Below, one piece after another: positions 1-9,338 of a stretch of 64,000 bases of DNA. A program made the translations under genes and the position numbers. Source of the DNA: a virus. Each line of letters opens with the position of its first letter. Within the stretch, counting starts at the first letter, position 1. Where the stretch lies: positions 50,359 through 114,358 of the IMG/VR virus record IMGVR_UViG_3300045988_166150. One strand, 5' to 3'. Below the pieces are notes generated by a model. That model was given only the letters and a program-made list of their open reading frames with translations, made no database searches and was not told the origin of the DNA.

Positions 1-99
1 TATAATATAGAAAGAGAAGGTAAGGTTTGGAGAAGTATAGATAATCAAGTATCTTTCAAGGTTATAAATCCTAAATTTTTATTGAAAAATGATGAATAA
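1..99 (+). CDS. 3' end of a CDS that starts left of the window (partial)
   Basis: Frame 1 is open from the window edge to TAA at 97-99 (..EGKVWRSIDNQVSFKVINPKFLLKNDE*). A hairpin terminator follows. Confidence 0.45.
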   Translation, partial: YNIEREGKVWRSIDNQVSFKVINPKFLLKNDE

Positions 100-107
100 A
101 AAGATTT

Positions 108-142
108 GGCACTAAGATTAAAATATTTTAGTGCCATTTTTG
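108..142 (+). terminator. rho-independent terminator
   Basis: 8-bp stem GGCACTAA/TTAGTGCC followed by ATTTTTG. Confidence 0.7.
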
Positions 143-269
143 TATAGATAGGTCTAGGGCGAATGAGAATCGTCATATACGGGTTTTATATAGACAACAA
201 ACAAGTTATATTACTTATAATATAAAACAGTTTTAAAATGATTTTAAGACTTAATTTAAGGAGAAAATT

Positions 270-653
270 ATGAAAAATAAAATAATAGTTAAAACTTTAG
301 TAGAAAATAGCATTGATTACTTAAATATAATAGATATATTTATGAAATTAAACAATAGCTCAACCTGCCATTCATACTCAAGTTTTGAAACAGCAATCAA
401 TATGGGAGCAATAACCAAAGATAACATAGAAATGTGTAAAAAAAATTTTTATTTTGGTAAAGCATATAACATAGACCATTATAAAGCAAACTTTGTCCCA
501 GAAAATCACATAATCCTAGAGTGTGGGTCTTTTGAAGTATTAAATGAGGGTGACAGTAAAAACAATGGTAAGAAAGAATATATATTTGATTTACAAGTAT
601 CATCAAATTATAAATTAAATAATGAGTTAGGAACGTGGCATTATGGAAGATAA
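270..653 (+). CDS. hypothetical protein (127 aa)
   Basis: ATG preceded by AAGGAG at 258-263; no recognisable motif. Confidence 0.65.
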   Translation: MKNKIIVKTLVENSIDYLNIIDIFMKLNNSSTCHSYSSFETAINMGAITKDNIEMCKKNFYFGKAYNIDHYKANFVPENHIILECGSFEVLNEGDSKNNGKKEYIFDLQVSSNYKLNNELGTWHYGR

Positions 654-936
654 TAGAAAATGTGTGCAATGTGGTTCAAAAAATAAATTATTTCAACTAG
701 AAAGTGGATATTATGTTTGCAAAAAATGTATGGATAAAGTAGGGAAAGAGCAACTTAAAATACAAAAAGATATTCTAAATTATTTAAAACAATTAGACTT
801 TACCTCACCAAAAGAGCAACTAAATATTTTGGAAGGTATTGCATTAAATATTAGATTTAACAATGGACTACTTGATAAGGAATATATGGATAAAATACAA
901 GATGCAAAAGAAAGGATGGATAAAGCTTTTGAGTAA
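643..936 (+). CDS. hypothetical zinc-ribbon protein (97 aa)
   Basis: Cys pairs CVQCGS..CKKC near the N-terminus; overlaps the upstream stop by 11 nt. Confidence 0.6.
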   Translation: MEDNRKCVQCGSKNKLFQLESGYYVCKKCMDKVGKEQLKIQKDILNYLKQLDFTSPKEQLNILEGIALNIRFNNGLLDKEYMDKIQDAKERMDKAFE

Positions 937-1423
937 AATATTAATAGCATTAGACGAAAGTACAGTTTCGACAGGGTATTCCGTATTTAAAGATGAGAAA
1001 TTAATTGATTACGGAGCAATTACACAAAAAAGCAAAAATGTATTAGAAAGAATATCAAATATGGTACAAGAGATAGAAGTATTGATACAAAAGTATAAGC
1101 CAGACAGTTTGGTCGCTGAAAATATCCAAATAACTTTATCAGCTCCGACCGCAAAATCTCTTATGGGATTACAATTATTGATTGAACTTCTAGCGTTTAA
1201 AAAAGAAATTCCTTGTACTTTGTATAGAACCGCTCATTGGAGAAAAGTATTAGGATTATCAAATAGCCCTAAAATTAAAAGAGAAGAAAAGAAAAAGGAA
1301 GCTATAAAATATGTTGAAGATAAATATGGGATTAAGATAGATAAAGATGATGTTTCAGATGCTATTGCTATTGGGACAGCATTTATTATAGAAAGCAGTG
1401 ATAAAAATGAGAGACACAAATAG
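863..1423 (+). CDS. RuvC-like Holliday junction resolvase
   Basis: RuvC-type acidic motifs ILIALDESTVSTGYSVF, LVAENIQ and DVSDAIAIG. The true start is probably internal (ATG at 902), so the 5' end is uncertain. Confidence 0.75.
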   Translation: MDYLIRNIWIKYKMQKKGWIKLLSKILIALDESTVSTGYSVFKDEKLIDYGAITQKSKNVLERISNMVQEIEVLIQKYKPDSLVAENIQITLSAPTAKSLMGLQLLIELLAFKKEIPCTLYRTAHWRKVLGLSNSPKIKREEKKKEAIKYVEDKYGIKIDKDDVSDAIAIGTAFIIESSDKNERHK

Positions 1424-1460
1424 GATAAAACCATAGCTGGAGCAAAGGCAATAAAAAAAT

Positions 1461-1489
1461 AAAGGAAGAGAGAAATCCCTTCCTTTTTA
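1461..1489. terminator. bidirectional terminator between convergent + and - gene blocks
   Basis: AGGAAG/CTTCCT stem flanked by an A-run upstream and a T-run downstream. Confidence 0.6.
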
Positions 1490-1545
1490 CATATATAACT
1501 TTATTACCCTTAAAAATAAAATGGCTTAAATTTGATTTTAAAAGC

Positions 1546-1728
1546 CTATTTTTCTATGATTTCAAAGAATTTTCCAACTAATTTTTTATCTATTCCTCTT
1601 AATTGTAAATCTTCTGAAAATAGTTTGTAAAATTCATCTGTTTCTGATATTACATCATAAAAACAATCCTTATACCAAATAGGCTTTTTCTCATAAGCTA
1701 CATTTATTAAAAATTTTAATTGTTTCAT
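1546..1728 (-). CDS. hypothetical protein (60 aa), last gene of the leftward block
   Basis: ORF with GGAG-type RBS; no motif. Confidence 0.5.
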   Translation of the reverse strand: MKQLKFLINVAYEKKPIWYKDCFYDVISETDEFYKLFSEDLQLRGIDKKLVGKFFEIIEK

Positions 1729-1740
1729 ATAAAATCTCCT

Positions 1741-2913
1741 TTATATACTTTCTCGCCAAGTACCATTAATTTTTATATATGGCGCGCCACTTCTCCAAGT
1801 TCCATTTATTTTTATGTATACTTCTCCTTCTCGCCAAGTACCATTAATTTTAATCCACATTTGATTAGACTTTATAGTTACATTACTAGTTGTTAAATAA
1901 CTTGTATATTGTCCCCAACTATTTCTTAATCTAACTCTAAATTGAATTAAATCATTATTTTTTAAGCTTGCATTAGAATAAGTATAAGAAGTTGAAACAC
2001 CAGCATAGATTTGAGACCAACCACTCCATGTAGCAGTTATATGGTTATAAGTCCTTACTTCTAAATAATAACCAGAAATAGTACCAGTTCCACCAGAGCC
2101 ACCGCTCCAACTTACAGTAACTGGGTTTCCTTTTTTTATTCTGGTTGAACTCAATCTATATGAAGTGGGAGCAGTTGGGCTACCAAAAGAAACATTTAAT
2201 ATTGAAGAATAAATCCAACTTGAATTAGAATATTGCCCGTCGCTAGAACGTATTCTATATTTATATTGTACACCAATATAAGGAGTTTGCCCGCCAATAT
2301 TTTTATTTCTAATTATTGTATCTTGATAAGAAGCTGGAGATTGTGCATTTCCTAATCTTACCCAATCAGTCCAACCACCTGAAGATTTTGAAGATTGTAC
2401 TTCTATATCATATAATAATATTCCTGTACTTCCTGCCGCTGCTCCACCCCATGTTATCAATGGTCGACCATCTATTCCACAAGGATTTGGAGTAACATTG
2501 ACCCAAGTAGGAGCACTAGGAGCAGTAAATGCTGGAGCATCTAGTAAAATATTATATTCATCTTGTGGTGTAACTAATGATACTTGCCCTGGAGCGCCAG
2601 TAATATTGAAGTACACACGAATATTATTGGCTTGAGAATTTATAGAGTAAGATACTGTTGTAGTTCTACTCATTTCAGCACTTGCTCTCCATGTCTCGCT
2701 AGAGCTTTTTATTTCACCAGTTGCACTACCTGTGGTATCTGGCGTCCATACGTTAAAATATGCATAATATCCTGTACCTAACACTCCGTCAGTATATCTA
2801 AAACTACATACTGCGTTTGCAACAACCTGAATATCCGCACCTTGTCTAAAAGTATCTATATAAATAGTTACATCCATAGTAGGATTAGCAGTTGTATATT
2901 TTAATACTTCCAT
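1741..2913 (-). CDS. tail-fibre-associated structural protein with FN3-like repeats
   Basis: Two FN3-like segments (W..W...Y.YR.R pattern, e.g. LIQFRVRLRNSWGQYTSY). C-terminal triple repeat IKINGTWR. Confidence 0.5.
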   Translation of the reverse strand: MEVLKYTTANPTMDVTIYIDTFRQGADIQVVANAVCSFRYTDGVLGTGYYAYFNVWTPDTTGSATGEIKSSSETWRASAEMSRTTTVSYSINSQANNIRVYFNITGAPGQVSLVTPQDEYNILLDAPAFTAPSAPTWVNVTPNPCGIDGRPLITWGGAAAGSTGILLYDIEVQSSKSSGGWTDWVRLGNAQSPASYQDTIIRNKNIGGQTPYIGVQYKYRIRSSDGQYSNSSWIYSSILNVSFGSPTAPTSYRLSSTRIKKGNPVTVSWSGGSGGTGTISGYYLEVRTYNHITATWSGWSQIYAGVSTSYTYSNASLKNNDLIQFRVRLRNSWGQYTSYLTTSNVTIKSNQMWIKINGTWREGEVYIKINGTWRSGAPYIKINGTWRESI

Positions 2914-2926
2914 TTATATTCACCGC

Positions 2927-3715
2927 CTATTCATATTTGATATATATATTTCCATCAAATCCTATATTTTGGTCTGGATTTGAAGTGCCGAAAAATACAA
3001 AAGCTTGTTGTACCCAACTTCCCCATTCTCCAGTATATTCATAATAATTACGAACATAAGTTCTCATTCCTCTTCCAGCATCAAACACTGTAAATGTTTG
3101 CTTTACACCGGCATGCTTTTCAACAAATAAACTAAAAGCCCTTTGTTCAGGAACATTAGCTATAGTTTCCGCATCATCATTACTGTTATTGTAGTAAAGT
3201 CCACATTTTTCTAAAGTATTATATGAATTCAAGTTAGCATTTCTTGGAATTCTTTGTGGAATATTTAATTTATTGTCTAACGCAGTTTGTGTGGCTCTTG
3301 AAATTGGTTTATCTAAGTCCGAAGTATTGTCAACATTTGGTAATCCGACTTGTGCTTTATCCATAGTTAAATAAAAGTTACCGTTGTAAAATTTTACATA
3401 TACTGGTCTATTTGCCATAAGAATATTGTTTTGTATACTTATACCACTAGCAAATAATATCGGCTTAGCAGTATCACCATTTATGGAGATTTTGGCATTT
3501 GCTGCATTATTTACTTTTGGTATAAAACATATTAATCCAATTTTATTCCCTATGGCATTTGTTATTGGAGTTGGAATGCCAGTTATTGTTAAATTATATT
3601 GTGTTGCAGTACTAGAACTAGCGACAGTTGCATTTAATACTTGAGCTGGATTAAATGGGTACATTGGTTCATAACCAGCACTAGTTAGAACATGCATTAT
3701 TATATTTTTTGCCAT
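2927..3715 (-). CDS. tail fibre protein
   Basis: Contains GLPNVDNTSDLDKPISRATQTALDNKL, a motif I recognise from many phage tail fibres. Confidence 0.55.
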   Translation of the reverse strand: MAKNIIMHVLTSAGYEPMYPFNPAQVLNATVASSSTATQYNLTITGIPTPITNAIGNKIGLICFIPKVNNAANAKISINGDTAKPILFASGISIQNNILMANRPVYVKFYNGNFYLTMDKAQVGLPNVDNTSDLDKPISRATQTALDNKLNIPQRIPRNANLNSYNTLEKCGLYYNNSNDDAETIANVPEQRAFSLFVEKHAGVKQTFTVFDAGRGMRTYVRNYYEYTGEWGSWVQQAFVFFGTSNPDQNIGFDGNIYIKYE

Positions 3716-3729
3716 TGCTTTTCTCCTTT

Positions 3730-4143
3730 CTATATATCTAATGAAACTTGTTGTAATATATAATTCACTATAATATTATCAACACATTCTTCTATTTTTT
3801 CTTTTATAAAATCTTGTGCTATTTGTTCTGCTTCTTTTTTAGTCATTGAAACATATCCTTCTTCATTTGGATTATGGTCTTGAAAGTAAACCAATTGTTC
3901 GTCAACATAAATTAAATATGCGCTTACTATTTTGTAACTACGACTATTTATAATATCTTCAGCAGAAACATTATTAATTGGGCTTTTTTTATCCCAAATC
4001 TCATATCTAAATCTTTTTGCTTGGGTTTCTGAAATACTATTTCTGTCAAATCTTGAAATTAATTTATCAATTGTCTTTATATCTATTTCATAACCTTTTG
4101 ATTTTAAATATTTTAAAATTCTTTCACTATCTACCATTTTCAT
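3730..4143 (-). CDS. hypothetical protein (137 aa), possible fibre chaperone by position
   Basis: ORF between fibre genes; no motif. Confidence 0.5.
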   Translation of the reverse strand: MKMVDSERILKYLKSKGYEIDIKTIDKLISRFDRNSISETQAKRFRYEIWDKKSPINNVSAEDIINSRSYKIVSAYLIYVDEQLVYFQDHNPNEEGYVSMTKKEAEQIAQDFIKEKIEECVDNIIVNYILQQVSLDI

Positions 4144-4148
4144 TTCTC

Positions 4149-5732
4149 CTATCTCGCAGTATCAAACTTAAATCTTTCTACATATCCACCAACCATGGGT
4201 TGCATTAAATTTATGCCACCTATAGCATATCCATAGTCTGAGGTTGCTTCACCATTTAAACTATTTCTCGCAAATTGAAGTAAAGATTGATTATCCCAAA
4301 TATTAGCAGAGGTGTTATATCTAAGAACGGAGTCACTGCTATATAATAAACTATCTAATCCACCAAAAACATATATATATTGACCGTTAACAAAAGATGC
4401 TGCATATCCCTTACCTTCAGGCATATCTTTGCCGTTTGACCATGTTTTTGTATCTGTATTATAAATATATGTTGTTTTTAAGATATCGTTAGCATTATTG
4501 TCCCCGCCTATTACATATATACTGTTACCAATAGCTTGTATAGCAGGAGAAATAACCAAGGAAGGAATTTCAGTTTCTAGTGACCATGTGTCATTACTTA
4601 CGTTATATTTATATATTGCTTTTGAAGGATTGTTAGACAGTCCGCAATTTACATAAGCAGTATTATTACATACTACACCACCGTTTACATTGGCGGTTAC
4701 TACTGGGAAATTATTTTTTTTTGTCCAAACATTGGTCGTAGGGTTATAAGAATAAACCGAATTGAAATATTGAACCGTTCCAATCATGGAATTTATACCC
4801 CCAATTCTATAGCCAAGCCCACTTAAAGAAAAGCTCATTGCTCCATCACATATTTCAGGATAATTAGCTTTAATAGACCATGTATTAGTAGTTGTATCAT
4901 AGGCTTGAGTAAGATTAGTTACTGATAAATCAGCGAGTTGCCCACCTACTATGTATATTATATTATCAATTATAAAAGAGCTTGAAGCAGTAGTAGAATA
5001 AATTTGTGAAGACATGAGTTCCCAAGAAGATAATGATACATCTTCTCCCTCTGTGACTTCAAACCAAAAATCCCCTGTACTGTAACCATATAAAGGGGCA
5101 TTTTTTTGTATTGGTGTTCGTGTAGAGGGCATAGGAAAAGCAATTGGTTGCCAAGGATAGTGATTTAAGTTAGGAACATGCCCTTTGTTATTATCTATAG
5201 CCCACCACATTTTGTTTAAATAAACCACGCAATCATATATCTTATATTGAACAGTACTATCCCAGTTTCCTCTATAATTAACATTACTTAATCCACCAAA
5301 TCCTTGAAATCCTTTAATATCATATGCTTGCCAATAATTTACATTTGTTGGCAATGTACCTATTGGTGGTGTACTTGTTGCAAAATAATGTTTACCTTGA
5401 TATGTAACAAAATTATGAGCATAATATTGTGTCGTAGAACTAAAAGCTCCTATTTCTTCAGTGTCATCTACTAACTTTTGAAAATCATCTTCTAACTCAT
5501 CAAGTTTATCATCTATGTCTTTCCCAGGTTGTTCTTCATTTTTATTAATTCTCTCTATTAATCTGTTTATGTTTTCACTGTTTGTTATTTGGTCGGCAAG
5601 TTCAGGATTATTATTTAGTATTTGTTGTGCTAGTTCAACATTATTAGCAGACATAGCATTATAATAATCCAAGAATGTACTTTGAGCGCTCAAATGCATA
5701 TCATCCATTAATTCAAATAAACTTCTACTCAT
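4149..5732 (-). CDS. tail fibre / receptor-binding protein with C-terminal Kelch-type beta-propeller
   Basis: Repeated blades IYIVGG, GYRIGG, IYVIGG, IYVFGG, GYAIGG. N-terminal half resembles the 5746..6480 product and carries CBM5/12-like Y..G..Y.A....P......W units. Confidence 0.55.
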   Translation of the reverse strand: MSRSLFELMDDMHLSAQSTFLDYYNAMSANNVELAQQILNNNPELADQITNSENINRLIERINKNEEQPGKDIDDKLDELEDDFQKLVDDTEEIGAFSSTTQYYAHNFVTYQGKHYFATSTPPIGTLPTNVNYWQAYDIKGFQGFGGLSNVNYRGNWDSTVQYKIYDCVVYLNKMWWAIDNNKGHVPNLNHYPWQPIAFPMPSTRTPIQKNAPLYGYSTGDFWFEVTEGEDVSLSSWELMSSQIYSTTASSSFIIDNIIYIVGGQLADLSVTNLTQAYDTTTNTWSIKANYPEICDGAMSFSLSGLGYRIGGINSMIGTVQYFNSVYSYNPTTNVWTKKNNFPVVTANVNGGVVCNNTAYVNCGLSNNPSKAIYKYNVSNDTWSLETEIPSLVISPAIQAIGNSIYVIGGDNNANDILKTTYIYNTDTKTWSNGKDMPEGKGYAASFVNGQYIYVFGGLDSLLYSSDSVLRYNTSANIWDNQSLLQFARNSLNGEATSDYGYAIGGINLMQPMVGGYVERFKFDTAR

Positions 5733-5745
5733 TTCATTCTCCTTT

Positions 5746-6480
5746 CTAAGTAACTTGATACCATTGGTCGCCAGTTACTTGGTCTGTGGGTTGTGTATCT
5801 TGAACTGGTATTTGTTTGGCTGGTAATGCAGAAAGCATTATTTCCCATGCGCTTGAACCTTCAACTGGCAATTGCCCTTGATTAGCTTGTTTTGCAACCC
5901 ACCATTTACTATTAAATATAACAACATCATTAATATGATATTGCATTGCACTACTCCAAACCCAAGTGAATGAAAGCCCATCACCAGGTTCTCCTCTTTC
6001 GCCCCTAATCGTAAATACTCTCCAGTAATTTGTATCAGTTGGAGCTGTTCCAGAAGGTGGAGTTTGTGTGCACAAATACAATAATGTACCTTCGGAAGTG
6101 GTATAATTGACAAAATTATTTTTTTCATATTGTACACTTGGGCTATATATACCTTTGAAACTATATTTATTTATAGTTCCTTCCCAAGTAGCTTGTTTAT
6201 CTGCGATATAATTATATATATCATTTTTGTAAAATCTCTCTAATGCTATTAAGGCGTCCCTTATTTGATTATAATCATTTGCATTAAATATTTTTCCACT
6301 CAAATAAGGGTTTGAATTTAATAGGTTAGCTGCTGTAACAAAATCATTATTAAGTATCGCTACCTGTATTTGACCAACCAATTGTGCATCGGTAGGATTG
6401 GTTATATTACTTTTTAATTCGATATTGTCTAAAGCATTAGGAAAATTTGTAAAATCTAAATCTTGATATAAAGCTGACAT
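5746..6480 (-). CDS. tail fibre protein with CBM5/12-like repeats
   Basis: Two units such as YEKNNFVNY..LYLCTQTPPSGTAPTDTNYW and YHINDVVIFNSKWWVAKQANQGQLP; paralogous to the N-terminal half of 4149..5732. Confidence 0.5.
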   Translation of the reverse strand: MSALYQDLDFTNFPNALDNIELKSNITNPTDAQLVGQIQVAILNNDFVTAANLLNSNPYLSGKIFNANDYNQIRDALIALERFYKNDIYNYIADKQATWEGTINKYSFKGIYSPSVQYEKNNFVNYTTSEGTLLYLCTQTPPSGTAPTDTNYWRVFTIRGERGEPGDGLSFTWVWSSAMQYHINDVVIFNSKWWVAKQANQGQLPVEGSSAWEIMLSALPAKQIPVQDTQPTDQVTGDQWYQVT

Positions 6481-6495
6481 ATTATCTCCTTTCTA

Positions 6496-7107
6496 TTATA
6501 CTATCTCATACCAACCAGAGCCTGCAATTTGAAAATATGGATTTAAACTAGTAGGCGTAACTTTTAACTTACAAGCCAATGCACCATTATTTGTTTGAAT
6601 TCTAATAGCATTCTCATTTGAATTTGGAATTAATTGTATTGTATCTTCCTCTTCTGTTAAGTTATAACATAGCCCAGTGCACAATGCATTTTGACCAAAT
6701 GTAGAACTAGGTACATAGGGAATTCCTACTATTGTTCCATAATTATCAGTTCCATTTAAAGCAGTTATTTTCCCAGCTATATAAAAGCTCAAAAAACACA
6801 ATTTACCAATTCTTTTAAATTTCCCCACTCTTGCAGAATATTCTATGGTAGGTGTTTTTCCTTCAACTGTGTTTAAAGTCGGTGTCCAATCTCCAGAAAC
6901 AGGCTCTACGGCGACCAGCCTTGTATCTATATCTGACAAACCATTTTCTATGTGATTAAATCTATCTGCGGATAATTGGCTTCCTTCTTGTTCAATAACA
7001 CCTGGATATGGGGTAAGCGTTATAGAACCGTCTGCATTTGTACTAATTAAAAATGTTAAAGGCTTTTCAACTTTTCTATCAATCCATGTTTGTTTTGTAT
7101 ATGCCAT
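6496..7107 (-). CDS. baseplate / tail structural protein (hypothetical)
   Basis: Start moved to MAYTKQTW (ATG 7105-7107), which follows AAAGGAGAT and lies after the upstream stop. Confidence 0.55.
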   Translation of the reverse strand: MAYTKQTWIDRKVEKPLTFLISTNADGSITLTPYPGVIEQEGSQLSADRFNHIENGLSDIDTRLVAVEPVSGDWTPTLNTVEGKTPTIEYSARVGKFKRIGKLCFLSFYIAGKITALNGTDNYGTIVGIPYVPSSTFGQNALCTGLCYNLTEEEDTIQLIPNSNENAIRIQTNNGALACKLKVTPTSLNPYFQIAGSGWYEIV

Positions 7108-7120
7108 TTTATCTCCTTTC

Positions 7121-8356
7121 TTAATGAAGATATGGGAATTGAGTTTGAAGTGTAGAATAATTTGTACTTCCTGCATAAACATATTCATTGATTGTATTTA
7201 CTGGTGTGATTTGTTGCTCAGGATATATTTTTGAAGCAGTTATTGTCATATTAGAACTAATATCTAAAGGTATGCTCAATGTTTGTATTAAATATTCTCC
7301 CTCAATTCCTATTTTTTTATTTGTATAATTAATTTTAATGTTTACATCATTTAACCAAGGTATAGGCACAATTTCCAGTGAAATTGTATCATTTAATCTT
7401 GCATGTAAATAAAGTTCATATTTAGCTCTATCTTGAGCCAATTCATTATTATAAATTCTCTCATCATCAACTATGTAATTTATTTGTCCAATTCTAGCAA
7501 TACTAAACGGACTATCCGTGTTCATATCTGATATTTCAGCAGTGACTTGTTCACCACTATCTAATAATCTTCCCCAAACTATAATATGATTTTTAACATT
7601 TTCAAAGTCAATATCTATACTATCACTTATAACCATAGGCTGCATTAAACTATCAAAATCAAATATAACTGGTTCATTTTCACCGCTAGGAATTTTTTGC
7701 CAATGAAATACTCCATCAACATCAAAAAACATTTCCCAATTAGGATATAAGTCTCTCAATTCAACCAATAAATCATAAATGGTCGCACCCATATCCATTT
7801 TTATATCATACGGAACTTCTAATCCTTCATCTTGTATTACATACTTGCTAAACCCACCTAATTGTGTAATTGTTCTTTGGACTACAGCAGCGATTTTGCT
7901 ACCAGCAGGAACTAATGTTGCAACAGCAGGTAACTGACCATTTCTTCTTCCTGTTAACTTCGCCATTAAATCTAATCCTTCAAATGTAATTGTATGGTCG
8001 GTAGAATTATAAACAGTGTTGGGATTGTTTATTAAAAACATTCCCATATTCCACCACACTGTTTTATTATTGTTTCTAGGATTATCTATACCTTGATAAA
8101 TTTTTATAAATTTATCAAGCCAAATCTCACCGCCAGAAGTTACCATATTTTCTTCTATATTAGTAGCGATTAACCCTAAATTACAAGTTCTTCTTATATC
8201 TGCCGTAGCATCAACATTTATACTTCCTGAAATTACTTTTCCTTCTAAAGAGTTTATTGTTTCAAAATTAAAATTTAATAGTTCAACTTTTATCTTTGAA
8301 TTTCTTGTTTTCATTTGAACTAAATCATAATCTGTTTGTGTAGGTCTTATTCCCAT
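7121..8356 (-). CDS. baseplate structural protein (hypothetical, 411 aa)
   Basis: Position within the tail-tip module; no specific motif. Confidence 0.5.
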   Translation of the reverse strand: MGIRPTQTDYDLVQMKTRNSKIKVELLNFNFETINSLEGKVISGSINVDATADIRRTCNLGLIATNIEENMVTSGGEIWLDKFIKIYQGIDNPRNNNKTVWWNMGMFLINNPNTVYNSTDHTITFEGLDLMAKLTGRRNGQLPAVATLVPAGSKIAAVVQRTITQLGGFSKYVIQDEGLEVPYDIKMDMGATIYDLLVELRDLYPNWEMFFDVDGVFHWQKIPSGENEPVIFDFDSLMQPMVISDSIDIDFENVKNHIIVWGRLLDSGEQVTAEISDMNTDSPFSIARIGQINYIVDDERIYNNELAQDRAKYELYLHARLNDTISLEIVPIPWLNDVNIKINYTNKKIGIEGEYLIQTLSIPLDISSNMTITASKIYPEQQITPVNTINEYVYAGSTNYSTLQTQFPYLH

Positions 8357-8371
8357 TATAAACTCTCCTTT

Positions 8372-9322
8372 CTAATTTGCAGAATAAATCATTCCACTTA
8401 AATATAAATCTTGACCACTGCCAGCATTTCCAATTTCTGACCAGTTAAATCCAATTTGAGCAAATCCCATTCCAACTTCTGAATAATATGTTATCGGAAT
8501 ATTGTCACTTAATGTTACAAGCCAAATATTTCCATTAAAATCTTTAAGAATTTTAGCGGAAGCTGTTGTTAAAAAGTCTTTAATATTGTTTAATCTTTCT
8601 ACTGTTGCCTTCCTATCTAGCCCCGAATTATTAGTATATACTTGTATTCCATTTTGTGTATTTGTTGCATAGCCTTCATTTTCATTATATACAAGAATAT
8701 CACCACTGACAGTTCCTTTTTCATAACTTAAATTTCCATTACTTATAATTATTGGATATTTACTTCCATATGGTTCATAAGTGCCTGTCAATCTTACTCT
8801 TTCATTTGAAGAATAAGAAGCATTTTCTTTAAATTTATAAGAAGTTTCCCCATCAGTTATAAATATACCATAAAATTCTGATTTAATACTATTAACCGCA
8901 TAAACACCTTCGACATTTCCTATTATAGGGACAATCGCATATTCATATTCAGTATCGTTTTGGGCTAATCTATCATAACGTACGAAATCTATATCTGTTA
9001 TTTTGTTAACTTCAACATTAAATAATGTGTACCAGTTAAATTCGCCCTTTTTTTTTCTTTTAACTCTTATTTGACTAATATTCCCAACAACATAGTCGAC
9101 ATTTCCTGCATTTATGTTTCCGTTAAAGTCAGCATCCATTTGTGTGTTTTCATCCCATGTTAAAGGATATGTTGTAATATAAGGGAAATTCGTATCTTTT
9201 GTAATATTAAAATAATCATAAATCCCATTCTCAATTTGAACATTTGTTATATTTGTTAAATTAGTAGGGACAGGTTGCCAAGAATACCTGTCCTGTAAAA
9301 AATTATATCCTAAGAATATCAT
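8372..9322 (-). CDS. baseplate structural protein (hypothetical)
   Basis: Start moved to MIFLGYNF (ATG at 9320-9322), which follows AAGGAGG and lies after the stop of the 2090-aa gene. Confidence 0.55.
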   Translation of the reverse strand: MIFLGYNFLQDRYSWQPVPTNLTNITNVQIENGIYDYFNITKDTNFPYITTYPLTWDENTQMDADFNGNINAGNVDYVVGNISQIRVKRKKKGEFNWYTLFNVEVNKITDIDFVRYDRLAQNDTEYEYAIVPIIGNVEGVYAVNSIKSEFYGIFITDGETSYKFKENASYSSNERVRLTGTYEPYGSKYPIIISNGNLSYEKGTVSGDILVYNENEGYATNTQNGIQVYTNNSGLDRKATVERLNNIKDFLTTASAKILKDFNGNIWLVTLSDNIPITYYSEVGMGFAQIGFNWSEIGNAGSGQDLYLSGMIYSAN

Positions 9323-9338
9323 CCTAACAACCTCCTTA

